Source: Fistulifera solaris
Lineage: Eukaryota
Direction of reading: 5' to 3'
Length of the DNA stretch: 64,000 bases
Assembly: GCA_030295235.1 (NCBI GenBank)
Contig: AP026126.1
Coordinates: 1,674,001-1,738,000, forward strand
The notes beneath the pieces were generated by a model that was not told the origin of the DNA, did no database searches, and saw only the letters and a program-made list of their open reading frames with translations. A program made the position numbers and the translations under genes. Within the stretch, counting starts at the first letter, position 1. Each line of letters opens with the position of its first letter. This document shows positions 48,905-60,427 of this stretch, in pieces.

Positions 48905-51137
48905 CGCAATGGCGAAACTCTGTATTTAGTAAACTCAATCCTTATAAGACAACCTATGTTGACTCTAGACTTGATGAGAGACAGCGAGACTCATTCCATA
49001 CAGGTGCCGAAAAGCTGAAATGAAGAAACAAGCGCAAGTGGCGACCACTGTTACCGTCGTATGTTTCTCAGCAATTTTCTCGTTTATTGGTGTCCCCTTA
49101 CTTTTGAAAACTGCGAGGTCCAAGACATTACACCAATGCCATGCAAATGTCTTTGGTTGGGAACAGATTCATTGAACGAATCATGTCTATCGATTATACC
49201 CCGCCATCTTTTCTTGATCTTCGGAGCGATGTCCAAAGAGAGCGGCTACTATTCAGCCTCGTGTTTGACAAGTCCTTCCGCTTAGCTAGCGCCGAACTCA
49301 TCTGTAGTTAGCCCTCTTTTGGGATAGTCGACCCTCTTGACAAGCCAGAGATTTGACTAAAACTGGAACGTTGAGTCGTCAAAAGAATTAAAGACTCGTC
49401 AATGCGCGTACGGGTCCTTGTAAGGAAGCACGACCACGTTTATACCAAGCGGGCTGTCGTACGCTCTAAATTGCTATTTGATCCAAAATAAAAGGCGTTT
49501 GCGCGGCCATTGGCGAAGGACAAGGAAAAGGCCAAGCACTTGTTGTGTTGTTTTTCCTCATGGTTCTGTGGTGATCCGGAGTGATTCAAAAACTATGTTT
49601 GTTCTGTGGACAAGAGGATGTATTCCTTGCTCGGGATCAGTGTGTCATTTTTAGTAATTATGTTCATTACCGACGGACACCAATCATCAATATTTCGTAA
49701 ACCTCTGACGAGAAGGTCTAGATTGAGTGTGAATGCGAGAAAGTTTGTTAAGCTGAGATAAAAGGTCAGGAAAGTTTTATGCGTCAATTTGAAGCGCCAT
49801 GACATGTGGAGAGCCAATAGCCCTATTCGTCCAATACTACCACACAACGGACGGGTAGCCTTTCAAATACCGCCACAGTACCTGGAGAATAAGAAGATAA
49901 ACAAAAATTCATATCGAAGACATCGAGTCATCGGTGGGGCGATACCGGTTGTCTACCAATTCTTGCGTGCTTGTGGCTGGCAACATCCGTATATCAATGG
50001 TCGAGTCCTTAGACTTCGAATGTAAATCGCTTATCGTACAAGTTGTCTTTCCCACAGAATTCGGAAACGCTGATCTATCTGCGAGTATACTTGATGGTAA
50101 TGGAACTCTTTCGACTAGCGTGGGAGACCTTGTGCCGTTATAAGCACTTGAACGATGCCATGAACGAAGCAGTTTTCTGAACCCCAGTGTGCGTCTTCTC
50201 ATGAATAAATGGTCAAGGTCATCTACGGAGTAAAAGAATGAAAGAGAATTTTTTCAAAAGTACAGCAAGGTTCTGATCACGCGGTTGATCACCATTAGAA
50301 TGTGTCCCGACGTCCCGACCTGTCGGCTGCGTCAAACGATCAAAAACTAATATCGTCGACCCAGCGTCACGAAAACAAATAGAAGTACGGTATCAAGCGA
50401 CTTTCGCGTCATTTTCCGCACACTCTAGGCATCCACAATTTGTCATTATTTCGGAAGATATCGATGGTCCTAAAAAGGCAACGAAATGTCGACTACTCCG
50501 GAGTATAATTTTTCATGGGCTACGTACGCATGGGCATTTTTTGCCTGAGAACACGGTTTGATGACAATAGGGAATACCTGGTAGGGATACAAAGTGCAAA
50601 GAAAGCTACTATCATGAAGCGGTACTGTACACATTTTGGCTTACATATCGCAGTGTGTTTGTAAATTGTCATTTTGGGTTCACGGACAGACTGGACAATC
50701 TTTAAGACTCGTGACAAAATAAGATAGAGTATCCGTTTACGGGACTCACTTAGCATATTCACAAAAACCACCTTATCAACGCGAATTGTTACCTAATCTA
50801 ATTGACATCGCAAAGCGTGGACACCAGATGATGATTAACATACAATTATGTATGATGTTGTTCTTGCTGAGAATGGATATAGGTGGACAGAGGACAGAGG
50901 ATTGTGCGTGAAAATTTAACTTGAACTTTAGTGTTGAATGATGAACTGGTGATCCTATTTTTGTTCATATTCATTCCATTCAAGTGCACTACCACGTACT
51001 TCCTAGACCATGAAATTATAAGGCAAACGCATGCGCAAACAGTCCTTTTCATTTTCAGGTTGTGGTTTTCTGATTGCTACTTTAGTATTTGGGAGAATTA
51101 TTGTGGAGTGCAAACAACACATCGATGTAATGCTGCA

Positions 51138-52762
51138 ATGAAGATTTCCACCTCGGAAGATGACCATGAAGACAAAAAATGCAAACTCAGGAAGGAACGA
51201 AAAGATGCAAAAGACCTTCTTGAAAGAGCCCATGATATTCTCAAAGAAGCCGACGAATCATACATCGCAAATAACACCGGACCTCGACGGCGATACCCAA
51301 CGATCGATTTATGCGAAGTTCTAATAGGCCCTTTACTGGGGGTCGGAGGCTTCTGTCAAGTATTTGAAGTCAAGCAATTCCGACTCAATGAGCTAGAGCA
51401 AATAAAAGAGGAAGGTGACGAGACGAATGAAAGCAATACGCTAGCAACTTCTATATCAAACGCGAAAGACGAGAGCAGCACACCATCAAAAGGCGCAACG
51501 GAACGGGGTGACAAACGGGTCGATGACTCTTCCCTCATGAATGACGATGAAACGCATTACGATATAAGAAATGCACGCACCACCATGGCGCGACTCGTCC
51601 GTAGAGATGGAAGCGCTCGCTATGCAATCAAAAAGCTTCATGAGGACTTAAACGAAATCGAACGGGCTCGCGGAATTGTCGATCTAGCTCTAGAGGCCAA
51701 ATATCTTTCGGTTTTGTGGCATCCTAACATCAGTAAGTATCGTTTTGTTGCGAATGCGCGCGGTTCCTTGGATGGTCGGCTCACTTTTCCGCGTCAAGTA
51801 AAAATGAGAGCAATCGCTTCGGGGTCCTCTCTTGACTCCAAATTTTTCATCATCATGGATCGACTTTACGATATATTGGACCATAGGTTTGAAAAGTGGG
51901 TAGTAACAAAACAAAGGAATAAAGGAGGTTTATTCGGAAGGGGTGCGAATCGCGAACTTTTACATGAATTACTGGTCGAACGCTTAACCGTTGCTTATGA
52001 TCTTGCTTCGGCACTCTGTTACATGCACGAGCACCATCTTGTGTACCGAGACCTGAAAAAGGTATAATTTTACTTATGTGTCCGGAGTTTGCAGAGGAAA
52101 AGACTCTCACTTATCTTGCTTCTCGTATTCTGACTTTTTGGTTTCTTATTTCTTTCATTCTTGCCTTTCCGGCCAACCCTGTGATGGGCCATTGCGGAAA
52201 CCCCAATTCATAGGAAAATCTTGGCTTTGATATAAGAAACGATTTAAAAGTTTTTGATTTCGGCTTGTGCAAAACTTTGACACCTTCTTTGAAGGCACGT
52301 GATGAGAAGGGCAAAGAGGTGTACGGATTCAATCTTACTCCCCGAACTGGCTCTATACCATTCATGGCACCCGAAGTGGCGGAATGCAACCCATACGACA
52401 CTCAATGTGATGTCTTTTCATTCGCCGTCTTGCTGTGGGAAATCATGTCGTTGAAACCTGTATTTGATAATTATTCACGTCGCGAGTACTATTTGCGGGT
52501 CGTGAAACATCAAGAGAGACCTGTGGTTCCACCACGAAGCTGTCCGCCTCTGGTTCGAGTGGCTGTGAAAGAAGGGTGGGATCACGATCCACAAAAACGA
52601 CCCAACATGAAGCGAATGGCGGCATTGATCCGGGGAGATTTAAACGATTTGACGAACGATCCAACGATACGAGATCGAACAACACACATGAAAAATCGAT
52701 CCAGTCACAGTCAAAGGAATATCATGCGTAGTTTGACAACGAAAAGCTCTCATGGTCTCTGA
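51138..52762 (+). CDS. TKL-like Ser/Thr protein kinase, paralog 1; introns 51733-51798 and near 52062-52213
   Basis: LGVGGFC, YAIKK, HPNI, YRDLKK|EN, DFGL, TGSIPFMAPE, DVFSFA. Confidence 0.92.
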
Positions 52763-52855
52763 TCGCTTGTGCAGAAGCTGGACAAGTATCCTTCATTTCG
52801 ACTTCACGTCTCGATTTAGTAGAAGCAGCTTTTTCTTTAGACAAGCAAACTATGA

Positions 52856-53434
52856 TTATAACTCGTTTTTGTCTCCTGCAATGTCGTTTTCTGATATCAA
52901 ATCGAGAGTATGCTGATTACTAGTCATTTCACGGCAAGTCGCCCCACTGGTACGGGACGGCATGCTCAGATCCACACCCGCTGCATCGCGCAGCACCCTA
53001 ATTGTTTCGGCATGGCGTCGCTCTCTCCCCCAACAAGCTCTGTGTAACGGAGCATAACCGTCCGTATGAAAATCATCCTTCACATTAATACCTGCATGAA
53101 TCAAGAGACTCATGATTTCGGGTCGTCCTTGGAAAGCCGCTCCGTGTGCCGGAGTATATCCATCCTTTTCGGGTATCGATACGTCCACCACATCTCTCCG
53201 CGACAGCAGATACTCCACTACATCTGTTTGTCCCCGCAAAACAGCCGCCATTAAGGGTGTTTGCAGGCTACCGGGAGCCTGGTAATTGACATTGGCGCCC
53301 TCTTCCATAAACTTGGCGACACTCTCGACATCGTTTTGAATGGCGGACATGAACAGTTTGTCTTCGAGAGACTGGCTCAGCGCGAGTTGCTGTTTAAAAC
53401 TGAAAAGAACCAAGGAGAGAATTTTTAAGTTCAT
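52856..53434 (-). CDS. Ankyrin-repeat protein with signal peptide and ER-retention-like end
   Basis: TPLMAAV, GYTPAHGAA, GYAPLHRAC; C-terminal KNEL. Confidence 0.85.
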   Translation of the reverse strand: MNLKILSLVLFSFKQQLALSQSLEDKLFMSAIQNDVESVAKFMEEGANVNYQAPGSLQTPLMAAVLRGQTDVVEYLLSRRDVVDVSIPEKDGYTPAHGAAFQGRPEIMSLLIHAGINVKDDFHTDGYAPLHRACWGRERRHAETIRVLRDAAGVDLSMPSRTSGATCREMTSNQHTLDLISENDIAGDKNEL

Positions 53435-53791
53435 GGCGGTAAAGTCTCACTGATGCAACTTGAATTGTGACAATAAGTAATACTCCAAAGTAACCATTAC
53501 AATCGAACGATTTTAGAAGCAAAATTATCCAAGTACCGGTAGATAGAAACGGATCTCATTGTCACTGGATGTCGTAACGAAACCTACGCATTAGTATCCG
53601 GTACCGGTTCATGGTTCGGCGCGTCTGCACCATAGCATCATCAATGCGTCTTGCCAGTTTATTGCAAGCAGCTGCAAAATAAACACCTCGACATCGACAC
53701 CTCTCTCATTCTTTGGCAACGTAAATAACACAAAACCCATTGCAACACACACTTCTGCTACACCGTCACATCTTTTCTTATATGCCACATC

Positions 53792-55376
53792 ATGAGTGGC
53801 GATGATGACTTAGCGAAGCGCCTATTACAGAAAGCGGATAGAATACTGAAAGAGGTGGATGAAGCTTACATCATCAAACAACGAGGGCATCACCAAAGAG
53901 CCATGCCGACGTTTCGGCCCGAAGAACTCTCTTTGGGTAAAACGCTGGGCACAGGGGGCTTTGGGATTGTCAGCGAAATATCAAAGTTTAGTTTAGATCC
54001 AGATGAACCCTCCGAAGAGCTTCCTGTCGATACAGAAGGCGAGGAGCATCCGATTACGTTGGAGAATCCACAACAACCCAACAACAACATACATCCAACG
54101 GTCAGCTTGGACGACGCAATACCAGGAACTTTCGTGGAAGTTGTCGATCGACCAGAAGAATTAACGATGAATGATCATGTTCATTACGATGTGAAAAAGG
54201 CTAGAGAGTTCATGGCGAATCGGTGTATGCGAAATGGCAAAGCACGGTATGCGATCAAGCGCCTTCATAAAGCTCTTACGCCCGTCGAAAAGGCCCGAGG
54301 AATGATTGATCTGGCGATTGAAGCCAAATATTTATCTACAGTGTGGCATCCAAATATCAGTAAGTGTTGCATTTCGCTGGGTTTGTAGATCGACACACGG
54401 AATAGACTCAACTTGTCTCTTTGACTAGTCAAACTACGAGGTGTCGCCAAGGGCGACATGGTCGATCCGGATTTCTTCATCATCATTGATCGACTCTACA
54501 TGACACTAGACGTTCACATAAAAGAGTGGGCTGCCACATTCAAAAGCAAGAAAGGGTCCTTGTTTGGGATCGGAAAAGATAAGGATGGACTGAAGGGTTT
54601 GCTGATCGACCGCTTAACGGTGGCCTACGATCTCGCTGCTGCTTTCTTTTATCTTCACGAGAACCGGTAAGCTTTTAAATTGCGTGTTACTTTGACAGGA
54701 GTCAAAATTTCAGTGGACTGACATCGAGACACGAAGAGTGGTCTACAGGGACATTAAGCGTAAGTTGTTACATCGACATTTTTCGTTCCATCATAATTGT
54801 TCATCTTACCTTGGATGATTTCCGGATCATAAAGCTGAAAATATCGGTTTTGATGCAAGAGGAGATTGCAAGCTTTTCGATTTTGGATTGTGCAAGTCAT
54901 TATCACCGAACTTGAAGGCACCGAATGGAGGGTATGGTTATAAGCTGACAGGAAGAGCAGGGAGCCTGCCGTATATGGCACCTGAAGTGGTGCGTATGGA
55001 GACGTATGACACCAAATGTGATGTGTTTTCGTTTGCTATTCTCTTTTGGGAAATCATGAGTTTGAAGGAATCATTTCAGGGGATGAATCCAACTAGTTTT
55101 GTGGAGCATGTTGTTGTGGAGAAAACACGGCCAAAGATAGCGAAAAGCTGGCCACCACTGACAAGGTTATTACTCCCTGAGGCTTGGGACGACGATCCGC
55201 GCAAACGTCCCGATATGAAACGCGTGGCAGTAATGATTCGCGCTGACTTGAATGATGTTTCAAGTAGCGAGGATGTCTTGCATCGAACGGATCATATGTT
55301 AAATAGATCACGTCATTCCGCACGTGAAATGTTTGATAGTTCTGACGTTGGCGGCAATAGTTATCGTCGGAAATGA
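53792..55376 (+). CDS. TKL-like Ser/Thr protein kinase, paralog 2; three introns and a 23-nt microexon
   Basis: LGTGGFG, YAIKR, HPNI, VVYRDIKPEN reconstructed via microexon 54737-54759, DFGL, YMAPE. Confidence 0.92.
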
Positions 55377-55420
55377 ATTTTCTAAGTACTAAAGTGATTG
55401 TTATTAGTAAAGCTGCCCTC

Positions 55421-55774
55421 CTAGTTATTGATACTCCACGTATGTTGGCAGTTGGGACAGTCGTAAAATACAGTTTGACCTTCATCAACACTTCTCAGTT
55501 GAACTGTGTAATATCCCACTTCAGGATGAGCGCATTTTATACAAGGCTCTTCGATGGTTGCTCGAACTGGTTCTTTCGATCGTTTCAGTGCTTGTTGTTC
55601 TTCGTCGCTCTTGGCCCAAATCGGTTCTGGTCGAGGAGCGGAGTAGGTTGTCGTCGTCGGCAGATCATCCATCTCCGAAAGATGGGATTTGTAGGAACAG
55701 ACGTCACACTGGATCAAGCCAGAGCTATCGACGCGTAAAGTAGCGTGGCATCCCGGACAGAATGGCCAAGGCAT
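55421..55774 (-). CDS. RPA12: RNA polymerase I subunit A12
   Basis: Two zinc ribbons; RATIEEPCIKC, VQLRSVDEGQTVFYDC. Confidence 0.92.
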   Translation of the reverse strand: MPWPFCPGCHATLRVDSSGLIQCDVCSYKSHLSEMDDLPTTTTYSAPRPEPIWAKSDEEQQALKRSKEPVRATIEEPCIKCAHPEVGYYTVQLRSVDEGQTVFYDCPNCQHTWSINN

Positions 55775-55929
55775 ATTGTAGTGCTAGTCAGGAAGATACA
55801 CAAAAGACAAAATGTGTGCCTATTGCTGACAGAATTTGAAAAAAATGGAATGTGTTTAAAAATCGCGGAGGCGGAATGGAGGAAAATTGGTTGACGCGGT
55901 TGGCGTACAGTCGACTACTATAGGCAAAC

Positions 55930-55960
55930 CGATGACGGATGACGGATGACGGATAGACGG
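55930..55960. repeat. 7-bp tandem (GATGACG) about x4 in the divergent RPA12/Rab promoter
   Basis: gatgacggatgacggatgacggatagacgg. Confidence 0.8.
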
Positions 55961-56343
55961 CTGCGGATGAAGGAAGCCCGTCTTACCGTCCGACTGAATT
56001 AATACTTTCTACAGTACAGGACAGTCAGCCTTCCGAATCCCGAATAATCATCAATACTTAGGTGATCAAGCATGTCCATTTTCCGTTGCATTTATTCGGT
56101 ACTAATAATATCTTTTTAGTGTACTATTGACTCAATAATCCTTTCCGTTGTGCGTTTTACCTCCGCTACACGCAGCAATGCGTTTCATTCGCAAGACAAA
56201 ATAAAAGTGATATGGAATTACGTTGCAGCAAAAGGAAAAAGCAATCGAATGAGTCAAATTGAATGCAGTTAGTTCTTCCTAAGCATTCATAAGTTGATCC
56301 TGTCTGTATCGTCGTCGCATATCTAATTTGTTGTTAACATACA

Positions 56344-57018
56344 ATGGCAAATCGCACAGCTACCGGAGCCGGCAAACCGCCCTTGTACAAGATTGTTATG
56401 TTGGGTGATTCTGGAGTAGGCAAAACGTCCCTCGTCGCGCGACTCACAAACCCTGATAGGCCTCTCAATCACGATATTTCCGCCACAATGGGTATTGAGT
56501 TCGATACGCAGATGCTGGATACACCGCATGGCAAGGTGAAAGCACAAATTTGGGACACGGCCGGGCAGGAACGCTTTGCGAGAGTTTTACTGCCAACTTA
56601 TTTTCGAAAAGCCAAAGGCGTCATACTTGTGTACGACATAACAAACGCCAAGTCGTTTGAGAGTTTGTCAGAGCGCTGGATGGTACAGTTGAACGACCAC
56701 GCTTCGTCAGACGATCTGGCCAAGCTGTTGGTCGGAAACAAGAGCGATCTGGAGGGCAGTCGAGAGGTTTCGCGAGAAAAGGCGCAACAGTTCTGTCAGG
56801 AATACGGCATGGAAATGCTCGAGACGTCTGCGAAATCAGGCGAAAATGTTCTGAAATCATTCGAGCAGTTGATTGGAATTGTACATGACAGGGCACTGGC
56901 GGCCACCAAGAACAAATCGGGTATTCAGGGTATGAATAAAGCAGTTCCGCATCAAACCGTCAATTTGGAAGACAAAAATAAAGACGCAAATGCAGCGGAG
57001 AATGCTTGTGGATGTTAA
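56344..57018 (+). CDS. Rab-family small GTPase, subfamily unassigned
   Basis: GDSGVGKT, WDTAGQERF, VGNKSD, ETSAK, C-terminal CGC prenylation motif. Confidence 0.95.
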   Translation: MANRTATGAGKPPLYKIVMLGDSGVGKTSLVARLTNPDRPLNHDISATMGIEFDTQMLDTPHGKVKAQIWDTAGQERFARVLLPTYFRKAKGVILVYDITNAKSFESLSERWMVQLNDHASSDDLAKLLVGNKSDLEGSREVSREKAQQFCQEYGMEMLETSAKSGENVLKSFEQLIGIVHDRALAATKNKSGIQGMNKAVPHQTVNLEDKNKDANAAENACGC

Positions 57019-57217
57019 ATGTCAGTGACTTCCTCGTGGAGGATTATTAGGTTATCAGTTGATATATTATAAGAAAAGCTTTCTGTACCATAAATACTGG
57101 ACCTCGTAGCATAGTTGAGACAGTTTACGGTATTCACCCGCTTTTTCATTTGCAACGCTGACAAAATACGGTGCTGTATTCTCTACATTCTATATCGTTG
57201 AGCTGCTCGTTGCACTC

Positions 57218-58648
57218 TCACTCGTCAGGAAATTCCCCGATACAATGTATTTTAATGTCCATCACCTTCCACTCAAAAAGTGTCTCGTTCGGGGTTCGAT
57301 TATCGCTCGTTTCCACTACGCCCAAATGAACTAAACTGAATTCACCGCGTTCACGAAGAGACCCCGGAAGCAGAACGTTCGCTTTCCAGTTTGGTTTGTC
57401 TTTGGGCAAGGGTGATTGTATCCACTGAGCCGGAACGGAACGCGAGGAGCCACTGGCTATTTCCAAGCACATGAGCTCACGGTTCGCGTCGAAAAAGTCG
57501 TTGCGATCATTCGTGCTGCCGGCCGGCCATGGCATCGTGGGATTTGAGCCATCAGGAGACGAATCATTGCACGAAGTGATCGCGAGACTGTCCACATAAT
57601 GTGTCACCAGTATGGATTGCGGTTGAGCGGCTTTCCACGGGATCTGCGTCGATAACGCTGGTGTCTTGGAAGCGTTGTGAGTAGGGAGATGCAAGAGACG
57701 CGACAATGTGGAGTAGTAAGTATCGCCCGTTTGACCAAGCTTGGCCACTTGATCGGGAAGTGTCTCAGCGAACCGCACGGACGTTTGCTCGTCCGTAATT
57801 TCACTCAAGTCATCATCATCATCATCATCACCACCATCGCCGTACGCATAGTGATTGTTGGAGCTAGAGACTTTTCGATCCGAGGGGGAATGATGTACTC
57901 GGACGCGATAGAATATAGTGAATCGAGTCCAAGTAAAACAATCCACCGCAGCCTAACCCAGGTGCTAGAGGATACCACAAGTGATTCATGTTTCGGGAAT
58001 TTGGAGTCAAGCAATCATACTGTTGCCGATTGAGCTTTAGTAGGGACTGGTTGGTGGCCCATGGTGAAAAGGTCGTCAACGGGTCGGAGGAACCGGGACA
58101 AAAAGAAGACGACAAACAATGCTTTCTAGTTGTGACAAGGTCGCCGTCATGTTTCCCTCCAAGGCGGCGTTCTCTTCATCGGATCGAAAAAATGGTGTCT
58201 GAGACCAGTCATACGGAGGATGCTGCGCTTTCTCGGCATCGTCGGTCGCATTTTTCAAATCCTGCTTCATTTGCTGGTACGGAGCAGGAGCTCTTCGGCG
58301 TGTCGTGGATTTTGAACTCGACTTATTGAAAGTTCCCGTTCGATAAATATCCAAATCATCATCGCGACAAAACGGACCGCAAGCTATACAGAGATCAATC
58401 AGAGACGCATCAAATACATTGTATCGCTTCTGTTGCAAAGCGTATTCGGCCAGAGCCGAAGCGGAGGCAAGATCGAGATCCGCAACCACCAAAACACAAA
58501 TTGAGGGTATTGATTGTCCGGATCGCCCACTTTCTGCAGCATGAATCGTATCTTTCAGATTTTCTGGCAGTGGCATTTGCGGTAACTGCAAAGACGACAA
58601 CGGCGAACGAATGTCGTCATACTTGTCCCCTTTGGATGGCTGTTCCAT
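57218..58648 (-). CDS. Hypothetical protein resembling a degenerate calcineurin-like metallophosphoesterase; frameshifted
   Basis: Motif order VLVVADLD, DLCIACGPF, FVPGSSDP, ILVTHY, VLLPGSL across three joined ORFs. Confidence 0.55.
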
Positions 58649-59271
58649 GATTGAAAATCGTCAGCGTTGGAGTTCGTGAGAGGATCAAGAGGTATATTGT
58701 TGATTTTGTGGCGATTTTAATAGTTTGCCGTTCGATTGACTAGAAATAAAATGAGCAGCATCTTGCCCAGGTCATCTTTTCCGCCGTTTTCCGTGAAAAT
58801 CATGACCGAAGTTCCGGGTTGCCCCTGTAGAAAAAATTTCTTACTAGGCCTACGTGAAATACGCGTAGACTTTAAAAGAGTTCCAATGTTCTTGTCTTGC
58901 AAGGTTTGTCGTCCAATGACAACTCTTTTTTCATTATTATTTCATGTTACGAAAGGGTAATGGCGGGTCTGTCTTTGAATGACAGATTGCATAAGGAGAA
59001 CCAATACTTTGTACTAAATCGTGTGCTCCAACTACCATTATTTCTCTGTCACTAGTTTACCTTTCACCTTTGTGCAGGACGTAGATGAAGCACAATCTGA
59101 ATGGTTCTATTTTCATCCCTACTTTGTAGTATGCCTGGTATTTTTTCATCGATCGCATCGACCGACGACGATGACTTATTTTTATTTTTTTAGGATTCAT
59201 TCTTTCAATTCGATTTTTGATCTTCTTTACAGCAATCGATGCATGACTACAATACCATATAGAGAGAGGAA

Positions 59272-60316
59272 TGGTGTTTGATCTGGAAATGAATCCATTT
59301 TGCCAGGAAGTATCCACAGGATACCGATCCATCAAATTTACGGTTGAAGAACCGGTGGCAACGACGCCACGACATCTTCCTCCTCCTCCTCCTCCGTCTC
59401 CTCCAGGAAAAAGACAACAACGAAACGACACCGCGTCAAGGACTTTCCCGGTCTCTATTTTCGTTCCATTTTACCGATCGATCGACAACAAATACAAAGA
59501 CTACACGAAGAATGGTTTCCGGTAGAATATCAAGAAACGTTCTACGATACTTTGGTGCACGGTAAATTAGTTACGCCTCGTCATGATCGTCGACCGAGCG
59601 ACGAGAATGATATTATTTGTGATGAAGAAGGCGCATTAACGAGGCCACTCTTTACTTATTTGGCCTGTGTGGATGATTGTGCTACCTTGAACGACGACTC
59701 AAACGTTAACAACAAAACTGAAGATTACGGCAGTGGAGGGAAGGATGTGGAAGATAGGGGAGTAGCACAACCGGTTAACACGTTCACGGATGACAATATT
59801 GACGAGGATAAGCTTGTTTGCACCAAAGAGCACCGAATTGCAGCCTGTATTGTTGGGGCCAAAGTAGAGTTGGATGTTCTACCACCCAATTTACGGCAAT
59901 TGCTGGTGCCACAACCCCACATTCATTCGAAACTCTTCTACATTATGACATTGGGAACCGCGGATGATTATCGAGGTATGGGATTAGCGTCCTACTTGGT
60001 ACTGCAATGTATTGAACAAAAGATTGAAACAGACCGGTCGTGTGGGACTTTGTATCTGCACGTTTTGGATACGAACTTCGCGGCAATTCGTTTTTACGAG
60101 AAATTGGGTTTTTACTGCGTGAGATTGATTCCCAACTATTACACAATTGACGGAAAATTGAGGCATTGCTATCTTTATGCAAAATATTTTCATGGAAATA
60201 CGGGGCATCTCACCTTGTTAGATATAGTAAAAGGAGGGATTCATTCGCTTTGGAGAACTTTGGTGCGGACCCCATCGGATAATTGGGACCGGTTTCAATC
60301 GCGCATGGTATCCTAG
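59272..60316 (+). CDS. NAA60: GNAT N-alpha-acetyltransferase 60-like; frameshifts near 59440-59550
   Basis: LHEEWFPVEY..FYD, FYIMTLG..YRGMGLAS, LYLHV..NFAAIRFYEK, NYYTIDG. Confidence 0.8.
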
Positions 60317-60427
60317 CTAACGAACTGTCAGCTAGATCGAAACAATGGCATGTCTTGAACATGAATTAGATTAGCTATAAATTAAATAGAAAGCTTTGTC
60401 AAATGACATATTCATCAACAAATGTCT

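Noticed and set aside
48950..51100. Short ORFs in the 2-kb gap, such as 49909-50202
   Set aside because: No recognisable motifs or consistent exon structure; a small gene cannot be excluded
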